Source: Takakia lepidozioides
Taxonomy: Eukaryota; Plantae; Bryophyta
Assembly (NCBI GenBank): GCA_030704615.1
Contig: CM060733.1
Span: 69,440,001 to 69,504,000 of the forward strand
Reading direction: 5' to 3'
Length of the DNA stretch: 64,000 nt
Positions 24,251 to 37,200 of the stretch are shown piece by piece. The notes beneath the pieces are model-generated. The model did not search any database, was not told the DNA's origin, and saw only the letters and a program-made list of their open reading frames with translations. Numbering within the stretch: position 1 is the stretch's first letter; every line of letters begins with the position of its first letter. The translations under genes and the position numbers were made by a program.

Positions 24251-25199
24251 TGCACATGTCGCTGGGAATTGGCATGAGCGGAAGACGAAATATCAGAGCA
24301 CAACTCTCAAAACTACAATTTTTCCCTTCAAGGTGCCAAATAATATATTTGATTTTTCTGACACATTGCATTAAATTAATGTTTTATAATGTTTTCTACA
24401 CTGTGTAATTGGAGAGACTGTAATCAGGCTGTAATCAACATAGACTTGAGACTTGTAATTTTATGTCCACCAGGGGCTAGAAGCATGGAAGTTGTAGCTG
24501 AAAAGCTGTTGTCCGCTGTGGCTTGAGAATCGCGTTGGGGGGTGCGCCGTTAGAGTGTTGCCTGGATACCCTGTCTGAGTAGTCATAACCATCCAAAGGG
24601 GGGGGGAGTCGATGAGGACTCAGCTGTGGCATGGTGGGTTGTTGCCTGAGAGAGAGAGGGCGGGTGGAAGAGCCTTCCCGGAAAAACTGGGGGGTGTCCA
24701 TCGGCCATAATGAGGAGCAATATGAGAGTTGCATCTCGGAGGAAAACATATGGAGTATGCTGATTCGCGCTGTTGTAGTAGTGCGCATTGCGCAGGCGTA
24801 GCTTGTCGGGGTCCAGAAGCGTCTGGCCTGCTGAGAGGGAGGTCGTAACAAGCTCGTGTTCAACACGTACCCGAGTCGAAGCACTAGTAAAAGGAATGAA
24901 GAAGTACTAGAAAAAGACGTAGAGAGGAAAGAGAAGCTTAGAAGAGATGCTAGGAGCAGGGCGTGTAGAGATAACAGCTCGGGGCAGGACCCCAGCGCTG
25001 CGCAACAGCGGGGGTAGAGATAAGCTTGGCCATGGCGGCGAGCGGAGCTAAACTTAGATAGGGCTTAAAAAGGCGGAGCCTCTAAAGTAAGGGGGTAAGA
25101 GGTACGAGAGGGGTAAAGGATGTAGCAGAGCCCTAGAAAATAACCATGACTACGGAATTTGGCTACAAGAGTGGTGAGTGGGCGGAGCTCCGCCCCCAT

Positions 25200-25650
25200 G
25201 CAATCGTAAGGAAAAGATGCGTTTCTGAATTGTGATTGTCCTCCAGGCCATATGCACAATGGTACTTGCACATGTCGTGGATTACGAAGTTTGTATGAAA
25301 CAGATGCAATGACTAGAAAATGAAAGCAAGCCGGGAAAGGAACGCACAAGTGAACAACTCGATAACTGTTTGCTCGTGGCGATATCAAAGCACTTGTAGC
25401 AGCCTTGCGGGTATGAATGATTGAGAATGTCGTTGCCAACACCAGGCATTGATTGCTCTCCAGAAACAAAATCTTCAGCTCTATCCCAAGGAATAACAAT
25501 AGTTTCCACATGTCTTCTATCCATGTCGGCCGCTCACTATCGTTGTAGTCCAGCCCAACTGCAGGCGGTTGAAAGGACCTGCGAGCGGCCGTTGCACTCT
25601 GGCATGCAGGTCGGACAGCAGATGGAGCGTGTGCAGCTCCGACATAGTAT
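25200..25650 (-). pseudogene. 5' fragment of an At1g60560/At4g13970-like MULE-SWIM transposase, same family as 56288-60126
   Basis: MSELHTLHLLSDL...SGRHG/..VIPWDRAEDFVSGE...SPRANSY then YHCAYGLED, versus SELHTLFLLSQL...SGRGH..VIPWSRIDDFVRGE...APRANSC then FHCSYGPED. Confidence 0.7.
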
Positions 25651-25819
25651 GAGGGACCAGCGAACAGTAAGAGTGACGATTGAAATCCATTGGCAGGCCC
25701 TGCATTGCTACATCCACTCTAGGACCTCCACGTGCCACCTTGCACACATCCAAGCCGTCCATTGAGTGAAAGACGGCACACATTTGCGGGACAGTTTGCC
25801 CACCGTCGATCTAGTTTTG

Positions 25820-27560
25820 TGGCAGGGGAGCGCAAACAAACAGGGGGGGCGCAGCGGGAGACAGGGGAGCACATACAAGGGGGGCAGAAATCGGGAGCAA
25901 AACGGAGGAGCATTTGTGCAGAGGAGCGAAGAGGTGGCGGGGGGCGAGGGGAGCGAAAATGGGGACTAGAGATACATGAGAGCGGAAGAAGGGGAGGGGA
26001 ACAGGGGAGCACATCCACAGGGGGAGGGAAGAAGGGGAGCCAATGGCGCCGCTGGGGGATGGGGGAGCGGAACAGGGGAGCACATCCACAGGGGAGCGGA
26101 AGAAAGGGAGCCAATGGCGCCGTTGGGGGATGGGGGAGCGGAACAGGGGAGCAATCATATGGGGGAGCAAAGGAGGGGAACGGAGAGTGGCTGGGGGAGC
26201 GAAGCGGGGGAGCGAAGTAGGGAAGTAGAGCACATGGGAGTGAAGAGGCAAAATAGGGAAGCAGGAAGAGGGGGGATGGGGGAGCGAAACAAGGGAGCAA
26301 TCGTGGGGGGGGGGGAGGGGCGACACAATGGAGCAGAGCCACATGGAGTGAAAGAGCACCGCATGGGGTGGGGGGAGCGGAAAGAAAGAGCAATCGTACA
26401 GGGGATGGTTGGGGGAAGACCGGGGGGATGGGGGGGGGGGTGGGGGGGGGGGGGGGGGGTGGGGGGGAGGGGGTTGGGGGGGGGGGGGGGGGGGGTGGGG
26501 GGGGGGGTGGGTTTTTCGGGAAAAGGGGGAGCAAGCCGCAGGGGGGGAAGGAAAGAGGGGGGCGTACAGCGCCGCATGGGGCGGGGAGAGCGAAGCAGGG
26601 GAAGCAGAGCAACAGGGGAGTGAAGGAGTGAAACAGGGGGAGAGAAAGAGGGGGGGGGTGGGTGGGGGGGGAGTGAAACATGGGGAGCAATCGTGGGGGG
26701 GGGGGGGGTTGTGGGAGCGACACAGTGGAGTAGAGCCACAGGGGAGAATAGAGCGCCGCATGGGGGTGGGGAGCAGAACAGGGGAATCACAAAATAACGA
26801 AAGACAATCCAGCAGGACCCATATTCGATGGAGCACAAACTCGAAACTAGAGAGGAGCATGGGTGAAAGGGCGACAACTTCTCAGCCTCCTAGCATCTGT
26901 GCACACTGCCTCATTATGAAATGAAAAGCACCACGACTCTTCCGAACCTCATTTAGCAGAGATGGAGAGCCTACCTGAACATCCGGAAGACTCGTAGGCC
27001 TTTTGGAACATAAGGGGACATTGCGTACGAACGCCAACAGACCAGGAAGTGGTCGCATATCACACAAATAAGACAATCCAATAGTAGCATAATACCAGAA
27101 ACGCTGACGAGCAGGGGAGCATGAAAAGGGACAAGACACATTCCTCGATAGAGAACCTCGCATCCATGAAAACCTGAGATTGTGCCTGTGGCGGAAAGAA
27201 GGCCCGTGTTGCAAGGCAGCCGCACAAAACAAACATTATTCAAAAGGGCCCGAACCCTAAACCATACACATACTTATAGTTCGATGATCGGTGAAGATAG
27301 AGCCACGTGTATTTGCGTTGTACCATCGCAAGAGGGAGCAGAGATACATGGGAGCATAGAGAGGCACGGGGGATAACGGAACAGGGCAACTGGAGATACA
27401 AGGGAGCGGGTGGGCGGGGGGCGGGCAGGAGGCGCACCCGCCCGGGGGCCGCGTGCGGGCCCAGGGGGGGTGGGGATTGACCGGCAGACGGCTGGCAGGT
27501 CGCTCGGAGCCGCACGGCTCCGGGGAGCGGGGCCCATGCTCTCGCACGCGCGCATTCAAC
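25820..27560. repeat. G-rich low-complexity region (GGGGAGC repeats, long G runs at 26410-26510); probable upstream/subterminal region of the MULE fragment
   Basis: Many ggggagc(a/g) units and a duplicated ~70-bp unit at 25980-26150; mirrors the C-rich region upstream of the transposase at 54.4-56.1 kb. Confidence 0.7.
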
Positions 27561-27999
27561 TCCCATCCTATGTCTGTGTTAACGTAGTCTAAATGTCATT
27601 TTTTTCTACTACTGACCGTTAACATCTATCCAAGGCAGACTCAGGTGGGTGAACGTCCACAATATTTCATCCAAAGCCACTAGCGAGGTGGATCTGCTCG
27701 ACGAAAAAAGCGGAAGACGAACCGAAGAGTCCACAGCACCGCCACCATACCCTAACAGATTCCCTGGGTACTTACGAGGTAAGAAGACTTTTCCGTGAAT
27801 TGGACGGCCTGTTTGGCTTGATTGCGACTGGGCTGTTTCAATTACAAGCTGGTTCAATGTGAGCACACATTTCATTTCTTTTAAGTAATAGGTACTGGCG
27901 CGATCTGGGAGCATGGAGAGCTAGTTGAAAATACGCAACGGCCACTCAACAGTTTTGGGTAGTCTCTTGCTTTTCTCTGGCCAGAGCTGGTGCTGATGC

Positions 28000-29806
28000 A
28001 TGTGGGGACCAATTTCAATGGGGAAATGTGTGCGATTTGCAGCAGGCGCTCTCTGGTTGAGTATTTGCGCGTTTTCGCTGTTGCAAGCTCTTGCTCGGAT
28101 TGTCCCAGTCGTGGAGGCAACGACCTTGATAGACGCTGTAACGACCGAAGTGAGAGCAGGGAGTGAAGTCCGTCAGAGGACAGAGGATGTGCTAGGATTA
28201 CCGAAGAATGGAGCTGGATTTGGGGAAGGGGTGGCCCGGCCTGCGGGACAGAGAGTTGCTGTTGCGACTGTTGCTTTGCTCACAATGGGTATGGCCGTCG
28301 CGACGGGACTGGGGTCATTACCCTTTTTCTTTGTGGAGCTCCAGCCACAGTGGGCAGGCATGTGCAATGGCGTTGCGTCAGGCGTGATGCTTGCCGCGAG
28401 CTTTGATCTCATACAGGAGGGTCAAAGGTACGGTGGCGGAAGCTGGGTTGTTTTCGGCATCCTTTTTGGCGGATTTTTCATTCTTTGTACTCAAAAAATT
28501 CTGGAAAGACAGGGAGAAGTCAGCATGTTAGATATAAAGGGCGCAGATGCACGCAAGATGATGTTGGTGGTTGCCATTATGACGCTGCACTCATTTGGGG
28601 AGGGGTCAGGAGTAGGGGTATCGTATGCAGGCCCGAAGGGTCTCTCTCAGGGTTTGATGGTAACCATAGCTATAGCTGTGCATAAATCCAGGGGTTTGGC
28701 AGTGAGCATGGTGCTTTCCTCACGAGGTGTATCAGCTAAGCACGCTATGTTATGGAGCATCTTTACATCGCTGCCACAGCCACTGATAGCGGTTCCTGCA
28801 TTCTTGTGCGATGAGGCTGTCCATAAGTTTTTGCCATTTTGTATGGGGTTTGCTGCCGCCTGCATGATCTGGATGGTTCTGGCAGAGGTGATGCCTGATA
28901 GTTTCCGAGATGCAAGCCACTCTCAGGTTGCTTCAGCTGCAACTATGGCAGTGGCTTTCATGGAAACTCTCAGTGCCTTGCTGGAGAACACAGATCAGGC
29001 CGCAGGGTGGGAGAAGACTAGTGCATTGTTTGTATCCCTTCTGTTTGGATTGGGACCTTTTTAGGGGGGACTTGTCATCGTGTTGCTTGTAAGTGCTGTC
29101 AAAGGCCGCAACATTCCTCACTGGGATGGGGGCTGGCATTGCATTAGTCTTGGCTTTGTGGAGGCCCCTGCAATTGTGGCTTGGAAGCAAGATGAGCTTG
29201 CTCTTGATCTCCAGTCTTCTTTGTGGTTGGGTGCTGATAAACTTTTCCCTAAGAAAGATGACAGATATGAAACTCAAGTATGAACTGATGTAAATATGGT
29301 CCTAGAGATCTTCTAAGTCATGTGGCAAGAGGGGACATGGCATGGCCTCAGTGATGGTTGCATTCCATGCGTTTGCTGAAGGATTAGCCCTGGGTGTTGC
29401 AGCACCAAAAGCTTATGGTTTAGGTGTTAATCTGCTGCTGCCAGTTTCACTTCACGGGCTACCAAGGGGAGTGGCAGTGGGGAGCACAATCTATGGTGGA
29501 AAAGGCAGTGGAAGAAGGGCTCTGTGGCAGCGTCTTACTGGACTTGCTGGACCTGTTGCTGCAATGTCAGCGATTCTTGCCGGGATTGGATGCCAAGGGC
29601 TTGACTATTGGATGGTCGTGGCCTGTGGAAGCCTCTACCCTGCCTTTGGATGTAACCTTCTTCGGAGAGCTCTTGGAGTAGATACAAAGGGTGCCGTACT
29701 TGGAGTTCTCTCCGGCATGGGGTTCACAACAGCTTGCCTCACCAGTAGGCGGTTGGTCTGCCTTCACACACCTTACTGTATTTCTGCCCCTGAGGCTGTA
29801 ACATAA
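28000..29806 (+). pseudogene. ZIP/GufA-family zinc transporter (At3g08650-like, two ZIP repeats); intronless and frameshifted
   Basis: ATGLGSLPFF, GVMLAASFDLIQEG, IMTLHSFGEGSGVGVS, LPQPLIAVPAF, FHAFAEGLALGVAAP, VSLHGLPRG and terminal HTPYCISAPEAVT. HNIPEG is corrupted to HKSRG at ~28685; frameshifts at ~29061, ~29105 and ~29290-29340. Confidence 0.85.
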
Positions 29807-31294
29807 TGAGGCCTAATTTGGGGTTTCTGTGAACCCATCATGGTTCTTTGCAGCCATATCTTATTGAATCTATTATGGGTGTAAGGGGGCCACCCTTTGA
29901 AAGGTCAGGTCAGGTGTCGCTGTCTGGGCTGTCTTCTGATCGCAGCACGAGGTTGCGTGTGACCTTGAATTTTGTAATTTGTCGCCTGCCTATGGGCTGT
30001 TCATTGCGCTGAGATTCAACTTTGCTTGTCATGAAGGGAGGGTTCTGTCCAGTGGAGGCCATACTATCTTCCTCTTATAGTTGTGAGAACTTGGTCCGAG
30101 AGGTGCATGTGGAAATTCTGCAGGATTCTGCTATCCTGCATAGCAACTAGGGGTATGCACTAAGAACCCCAGGAATTGCGCATCATACTTGGAGCTTACA
30201 TCTAGGAGAGCGGGTCTACCCAAAAAAAGTTCACTTTTCCATATAAATTAGTTCTCAAATTTTATATAATAGGTGTGTGGTAATTGATCGTGCAAATAAG
30301 AACGAGAAATTTGGACATCTGAAACAGAAAATTTATTTATTTATTTGACAAACATCATCTACATGAACTAAACCATGCAACAGTCCAATTTCTGTGAGCA
30401 AAGTACGAAATACCATAGAGATCGGGCCAAGTGTCCTTGACACAATGAGATCTGCATGGTAATTGGGCACTCTACCCTTCCTTGTATTGGGGCAGCTCAC
30501 ATCTTTTGTCTGCACTAATCAGCTGCCGATTCAACAACCATAGCTGATGGACTAAACTAGTCTCGAAAACAGGGTTTGGCGGGTTCTATTCCAATGCTGT
30601 GCAGAAAAAATCCATAATTCTAGAGGTCTTCTTCACTGCTTGATTTGCGCCTCTAGCTATGTAGAGATTTGAGTAGCAGCCATCATAACAAGCATCATCC
30701 GTTGTGCAGCAACGCCTTTAGTTTTCACTGGTAACATGTTTTGTCACATTCTCACACCATCTTCAGAAGACATTCACACGACTAGGGATTGACTGGGGGC
30801 AGTGTAATAATCTGTGCCTCAGCAGCATCAAAGTATTTCGAATTGCAGAATGTCTGCAGCTAAGACAGGGTCATTGTAGACCAATGTTCACACATGTCGT
30901 GTCACCCCTCAAGAACATACACACCTTCAGAATACATACCGGCGTGATAATAGCATCAGAGTGCAGTTATCATAGCAACTTCTACTATCAACTTTCTGGC
31001 CGTAAAATATATAGTTTTGGCAATTTCTAAAGATGGAAGGATTTGGACTGTGATGAAGTTACAGATTGTCAGACGTTTTAGAAATTCCTGAAGTAAAGAA
31101 TGCGGAGGTGATGCAGAGACAGAGGCAAACCTTGACAGGCTTTCTCCACATGCAGGAGAATAAGGCACCAACACAAGCTGCTTGAAATAATGGAGAAAAT
31201 ACTCTGGAAAAGCTTATTCAATTGATTAATGGACCTGGTCAGCCAGAAACCTCCTTTATGTGCAAGTGAAATGCCTTGCCACAAGAAGAGAAGT

Positions 31295-34200
31295 TTAGGC
31301 TGGCAAGGCTTGATAAAAGTAGCTTGAGGGGATTGCAGTATAAAGCCAATCATAAAAACTTTGGGGGTGTTGGGATCCAGTTGCCTGAGTTTTCTCAGAG
31401 ACTAGCTGAGCCCGTGGTATACGTTGCTCCTCATAAGCCTTCAATGCACTCCTGCAACCATGAGAGATTTTAATCACTGTCAACAAACATCCCCAGAGAG
31501 AAAACATCCCTCCCAACCTCCCCACTCCTGCTCCATTCACACTGGGAGTGGTTCAGTGGCGAGCTAAGTCTCATGGGTTATCTCTTCACATCTTCAGGAC
31601 TCCTCAGCATCATCATCGTTTAAGTTCTCACTTACATGTTTCTCCTTGGTCTCATAGGTTTGGGTCGCACAGACTGGAAAATAAAATGACTCCTTAATTG
31701 ACCTCCTAGTCAAGGGAGGAGATTGAAGGCCAAGACTAGCAAGGTCACAGATGACATGCTGCCCAAAATTGTATGAGCTAAAAGGCCCAGCACAGATATA
31801 CTCCGAGCTTCTTAACAGCTGTGGATAAACAAGTGGGACTTGAGGCGGATTGTTCCCAAAGGATTACACCAAGGATGACAGAAGAAGGCTTTCCATGAAA
31901 AGCAAACCATACACCCTGATTAAGGGAGTCCTTGACAAACAAGGAATTGATTCCATTCTACAAAGATGTGTCAATGGAAAAGAGGCAAGACAAGTGATTA
32001 AGGAACTGCACGAGGGAGTAGCAGGAGGACACTTAGCTCAGACCTCACTTCCAAAAAGATTTTATTGGCAGGGTATTTGACGAGCCCATCAAAAGCACCT
32101 TCGCACACTTGGCACTACGCTGTAGTTCTAACAAGAGTAGGTTGCCTGTCTCTGTACTGTGAGCTAACCATGTGTCAGATCTGTGGGGGGTGATTGTGAT
32201 GATAGTGTAGTTTCTGATCCACTACTTTCAACAAGAGGCTCTCTTTGAAAAATAAAAAAGACTCTCCACCTCTTTTGCTGAGTTTCAGGGCCTCATTTCG
32301 TCAGAGTGCTGCGGTGAGTACTCACTCCACTGGATTCTATGGTGATGTGATCTCTTGGGAAAATCTGGGATGTGGCCAGGAACAACTTTATCTCAGCAGT
32401 TTAGTTTGTGCCAATACTGGAGCTGTCCACAACCATAGTGGGCCTCTGGTCCCGCTGCCCTCTTCTCCTTTTCTGCTCCGCCCAAAATGGGCAGAAGGTC
32501 TATGGCCACAAGCCTACAGCAAAGTCTAAGAAGTACACCCTCTCTCTCTTTGGCTTTTCTATGGATGTCAAGTTCTTGTATGTCTTTTTCCTGTCTCTCA
32601 GATCAGCCTTCGGTGTTAGATCTGAGGTATCTCCTGATTCTGCTAGTCATTAGTGGAAAAGAAAAGATGTCTAATTGGATTACAACTCACACGCATGTGT
32701 ATGTGCTTCAACCTTACATATTGGTTGTATGTGAATTTGTTTAACATACTAGCTACTAAAGGCTTGAAATGGACACCTTAAATCAGAAGCTGATGAAAGC
32801 TGCAGGGCCAGCTCCAAGCCATCCTCAAAAGCCAGATTGGCCCCCTGTCCCAGTGAAGGTGTCACCGCATGCGCTGCATCTGCATAAGGCCTAACTGATT
32901 AGAAGAGTTGATTTTCCACTAAAACTTGATGAATCCCTTGTTCATTTCCCTTGCCATGGGGGTCTGCTATTTCCAGAGACGATGGAAAACTCTACATCGA
33001 TGAACTGATCAATTTTGATACTATATGACTGAATCAGAATCCCTGATGCAGGAGTGATAGTGGTTTGAAGGGTCCTTAAAAAGAAAATTCCTCTCCCTCA
33101 CGACTTCCTTCTGTCCCCAACAAAGAAAACTCGAACTACCTTACTAGAAACAGAAGTATCCAAGTTCACCTTCAGTAACAGCTTGATTTCAGTTTTCCTG
33201 AAAATCTCAAAGTACATTTACTGTACACCATCTCTTGATCTGCTACAATGGGCTGTAATGGTTCAAGACATACATACTACCAAAGAGAGCAGCTCCTACC
33301 ATCAAATTCTCATGAAGAAACCTTCACATCAAAGTTGGATTTACCTCCAAGGAGAACAACCCGACCACTTGTCCACTTGGTAAGCACAGGCAGGTCCAGC
33401 ACCCTCCGCTCCAAAATCAGCTCGGGATCTGTAGCCTGACAACCCAACGCCCAGACCTTCTGTCGTCAGGTCTCTAATCCTCCTGTGATACTGAACCATA
33501 AGACTCATTAACCGTTCCCTGCCAAGATTGGCTACGATGTGCCCGTGCCCCCATGTGGTCGGGATTCTACCTGCCACAGTAAAGATCAGTCAGAAATATT
33601 GATAGCAGTTACGGACGGCTGATGTCAGCTACAGTAATTGTGAAATCAATTAAGGCTGAGATTGACATGATGCTAGAAAGCAGAATGTTGATTCCAGCAC
33701 TTCTAGTCTGGCTCCTACCTTGCACATGCATCTGGGTGAGAGAGAATGTTTTCAAAAGACATTTGCCGTAGCCTTGCGGATATAGACCCCATGCCCAGTT
33801 GAGTATGTACTCATAAGACGTTTGCCGTAGCCTTGTGGCCATTGACCAAGCGCCCAGTTTGAGCGGAACACAAAGGGACAGAAACTACCTTTGTCAGGGG
33901 CTGACGCCGGTAGTATGATTTACCTTGGAACAGACAATTGATCCGAATTTTCCAGATATCCTCTAGAAACCCCTTTACACAAGCATCAATATGCTGTGTC
34001 TGATTTGCCCAATAACTAGGCCCCAAAAGGGCCTGGGTTTTGGCTTAGCCTCGAGATTTTCAAAGTTGGTAAACAGAGGTACAGGAACATCCCTTGACGG
34101 ATTTGAAGAGGGCGTCGCTCTGGTGAGAGTACCCAGGACAATGAATCAGAAAGTGAATATTGTCTTCAGGTTGCCCACACAATGGCATTTGCAATCCCCT

Positions 34201-37200
34201 TTCCTCTCTGCATCTGTTCCCTGTTCAAAGATATTCCTGCCCTGAGTTTAAATTTCGCCAAGAGTGGGTAAACCCTTGAGGTCATCCATGATGGCCTCCC
34301 CCATGTCACAGACTGGAAACGAGTTCAGGGAAGTTTTCTGCCTAACTTCATTTTCATCAGACAATATCCTGGCAACAGACATGGCTTTGGACACTACAGC
34401 CTCTAAGTCAGACTTATCCAGCAGGGTCAAGACTTGCGGACTAAGATTCAGATCCTAGAGAATCTCTTCTACCCTCTTCCGCCAGGACTTAGCCTGTTTG
34501 ACAGGGCCATCCTGCTTCCAAGATAGAGTCGATTAACTTAGGATATCTGATATTAGTCATATGTTGTAGCTGACTGCACCATCTGACCTTGAATATATCT
34601 CGTCGGGAGCTTAAGGGAGGGATGCCAAACTCAGCCCAAACAGCCACATTAGCTCTTGTCGAGCATGCTGACATGCACTCCTTGAGCAACCCCACTAGAA
34701 TGGATTCTAGAGACTTAGCCTGGTTGGACTTATCAACCCACTCTGCAGATGCGTACTCCAAGGCAGGCCTAATAGCGCGGGCAAACCATGGTTTTTTTAC
34801 TACAGAGTTGATACCTCTGCAGTGGAAAAATTTAGTGAGACCCAACGCTTTGCCCTTGCCAGATTGAACAACTTTTTGAATACGTGCATCCCAATTACAG
34901 TTGGAGGAAAACTCAACGCCAAGGTATGCGCATCCCAATCTGTTGGCTTCCCCACTGCCACTTGAGATCGCCTCCTCCCGCCCCTAGGTCGTTAAATGCC
35001 ACTATTGCGCATTTACTGACGTTAGCCTCTAGCCCCCAAAGGTCAAAGTATCTCTTCGCGCAATCACTCAATTCCTGAAGATTGGATGGAGTCTCCCCTA
35101 TGCCTGCGAAGTCATCCGCAAACATAAGGGCTGGTATGGTGGCATCACCCACCCTTAACCCAAATCCCTCTCTTTCCACATCTTGAGAAGTCGATGATTG
35201 CAAACATTGAAGAGCAGAGGGGAGAGGGTACATCCTTGAGCTACACCTTGGGTCTGTGTCAAAGAAGTTAGACTTCTGTCCATTAGCAGTGACACAGCTT
35301 TTGGTGTGCATACAAGTTATGGACCACTCTCCACATCTTTCCCTTCATCCCAGATGATCAGAGTCGGAGCCATAGACCATCTCTCCACACTGTGTCATAA
35401 GCCTTTTTGACATCCAAGAAAAAGACAAAAGTGGGTTTCCCTTCTTTTTTCCTTCCCTGGATAATCTGGCTTAGAGTGAAGATATGATCCACACAGCCCC
35501 TGTTTCTCCGGAAGCCAGCTTGGCCTTCATGGAAACAACCTCTAGACTCCAGATCAACCTCGAGAACTCTGCAAAATATCTTGCCAACTGCATTGAGAAG
35601 CGTGCTGCCTCGATAGTTCCCCGGCTCTTGTCTGTCACCATTCTTGTGTAGATTGACAATGACCCCTGTCGCCAGCGAAAGGGGATAATTTCATTCCTCC
35701 AGACAAGATTAAAGAAGTTCAAGGGCCTCTATCATGGGGTCGCCACCATGCTTGATAAGCTCATTGACTATGCCATCAGATCCACCAGCTTTATATCCGT
35801 TTAAATGCTCAATTTGCTTCCACAATTTCAGAAGAACTAATGGGAGTGTTGTAACCCCAGTTCATCAGGGCTGTCTTGAATCATAGAAACAGTTTTTTCT
35901 ACTGTCCTTCCATTCTTCGGAAAACCCCTCACTGTTAGACCTAGAATTTCCGCCAAGGGTACTGTAGTGAGTTTCAAAGGTTTTGACAATGTCAACCGTT
36001 CAAGTCACCACTGCACCCTTAGTAGTCCTCAGTGCTTGTACTTGCTGACAATTTTTCGGCTTGTACAAACCTTGAAGGGCCAACCAGAATCTCGTCATTA
36101 CCACCATGGTGATTTATTTCACTGTATAACTTGCACCAGTATAATTTCTTCTGAGACCTTACGAGCTGATTGATATCTTTGCGGATCTGGTAGTACCTAG
36201 CCCACAATTCTTTGTTGATTTTCAAATTGCAGCAATCTTTATAGAGGACTCGTCTCTCGGCTATATTGAGTTTGATCTCATTGGTCCACCAATTAACAGC
36301 TCTACTGCAGACAATTAGTTTCCTCCCATGATTTTGTCAGCCACAGAGGAGACGAAACTCTCCCAAGAATCCACCGCTCTTTAGACTTCATTTCTTGCAT
36401 TGTCAGAGCGAGACTGAAGATCTTGGGAGCGAATGGACAAAGTGAGGGAGAACCTCTTGCAAGGCCTGGACATACTCAGCCATGACCTCTTCATTTTGGA
36501 GTTTTTCTACGGGCCACTTCTGAACTGAACGATTCACAGATCTCTTGGTGTTGGGGAAACACCTTTTGATTTCAGTCCAAACCAGAAAGTGGTCAGAGGT
36601 ACCATAATCAGTTGGGCTTTCTCATCAGTCCACTGCACAAGGTCTCCTTTTGACCTACTATTCAAGGTCAAAAGCTGAAGTTCTTCCATTAGAATTCAGC
36701 TCGTCCTCACCAAAAGGCCCAATGGTATCATCCTGGTGAAGACTTTTACCCACCCGGGCATTGAAGTCACCCAATAAGACCACCTGGCCTTTGGGGAGGA
36801 CTTAGCACATTCCAGCTTTATGTCTTCGAAGGCTTTATCTGCGTCAGCACTGAGGGTCCCCCCCCTCTGTGGGCATGTAAACACAACCCACAAAGAGGTC
36901 CTTCCTACTCACGCTGCCCTTCAATTTTAGTTTTAGCCAGATACTGTGCTCATACCGCAAATCCTTGTTGATAATTTCACAGTTGTCACACAAAGAAATC
37001 TCGGACAAAGAAGCCAACACCTTTCTGGCCACGCTTGGCAGAGGCCTCCTTAACCAACCACTTATAAGCATTGACCATTGATACTCAAGGATAGACAGAA
37101 TGTACTCATAAGAAGTTGTTTGCCGTAGCCTTGTGGCCATTGACTTAAGGATAGAGAGAGATAAGACTAGTCATGTCAAGACTAGAAAAGAAGAAGTCTG

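Larger units (their letters stand above)
15400..24476. mobile_element. Best-preserved copy of the ParB-cargo / GCM-MULE transposon; left end lost, right end probably near 24476
   Basis: Divergent cargo and transposase genes with the same palindrome between them and downstream of the transposase; composition changes after ...GTCCACCAGGGG. No matching TIR or TSD was found. Confidence 0.55.

Noticed and set aside
25178-25215. Helitron 3' end at the 16-bp palindrome
   Set aside because: No CTRR terminus at the expected distance on either strand.
25719-26924. Proline-rich extensin-like or glycine-rich ORFs
   Set aside because: By-products of G/C homopolymer tracts; open in many frames, with no signal peptide or regular SPPPP organisation.
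30333-30515. Possible reverse-transcriptase fragment (VHVDD)
   Set aside because: A single short motif without supporting RT context.
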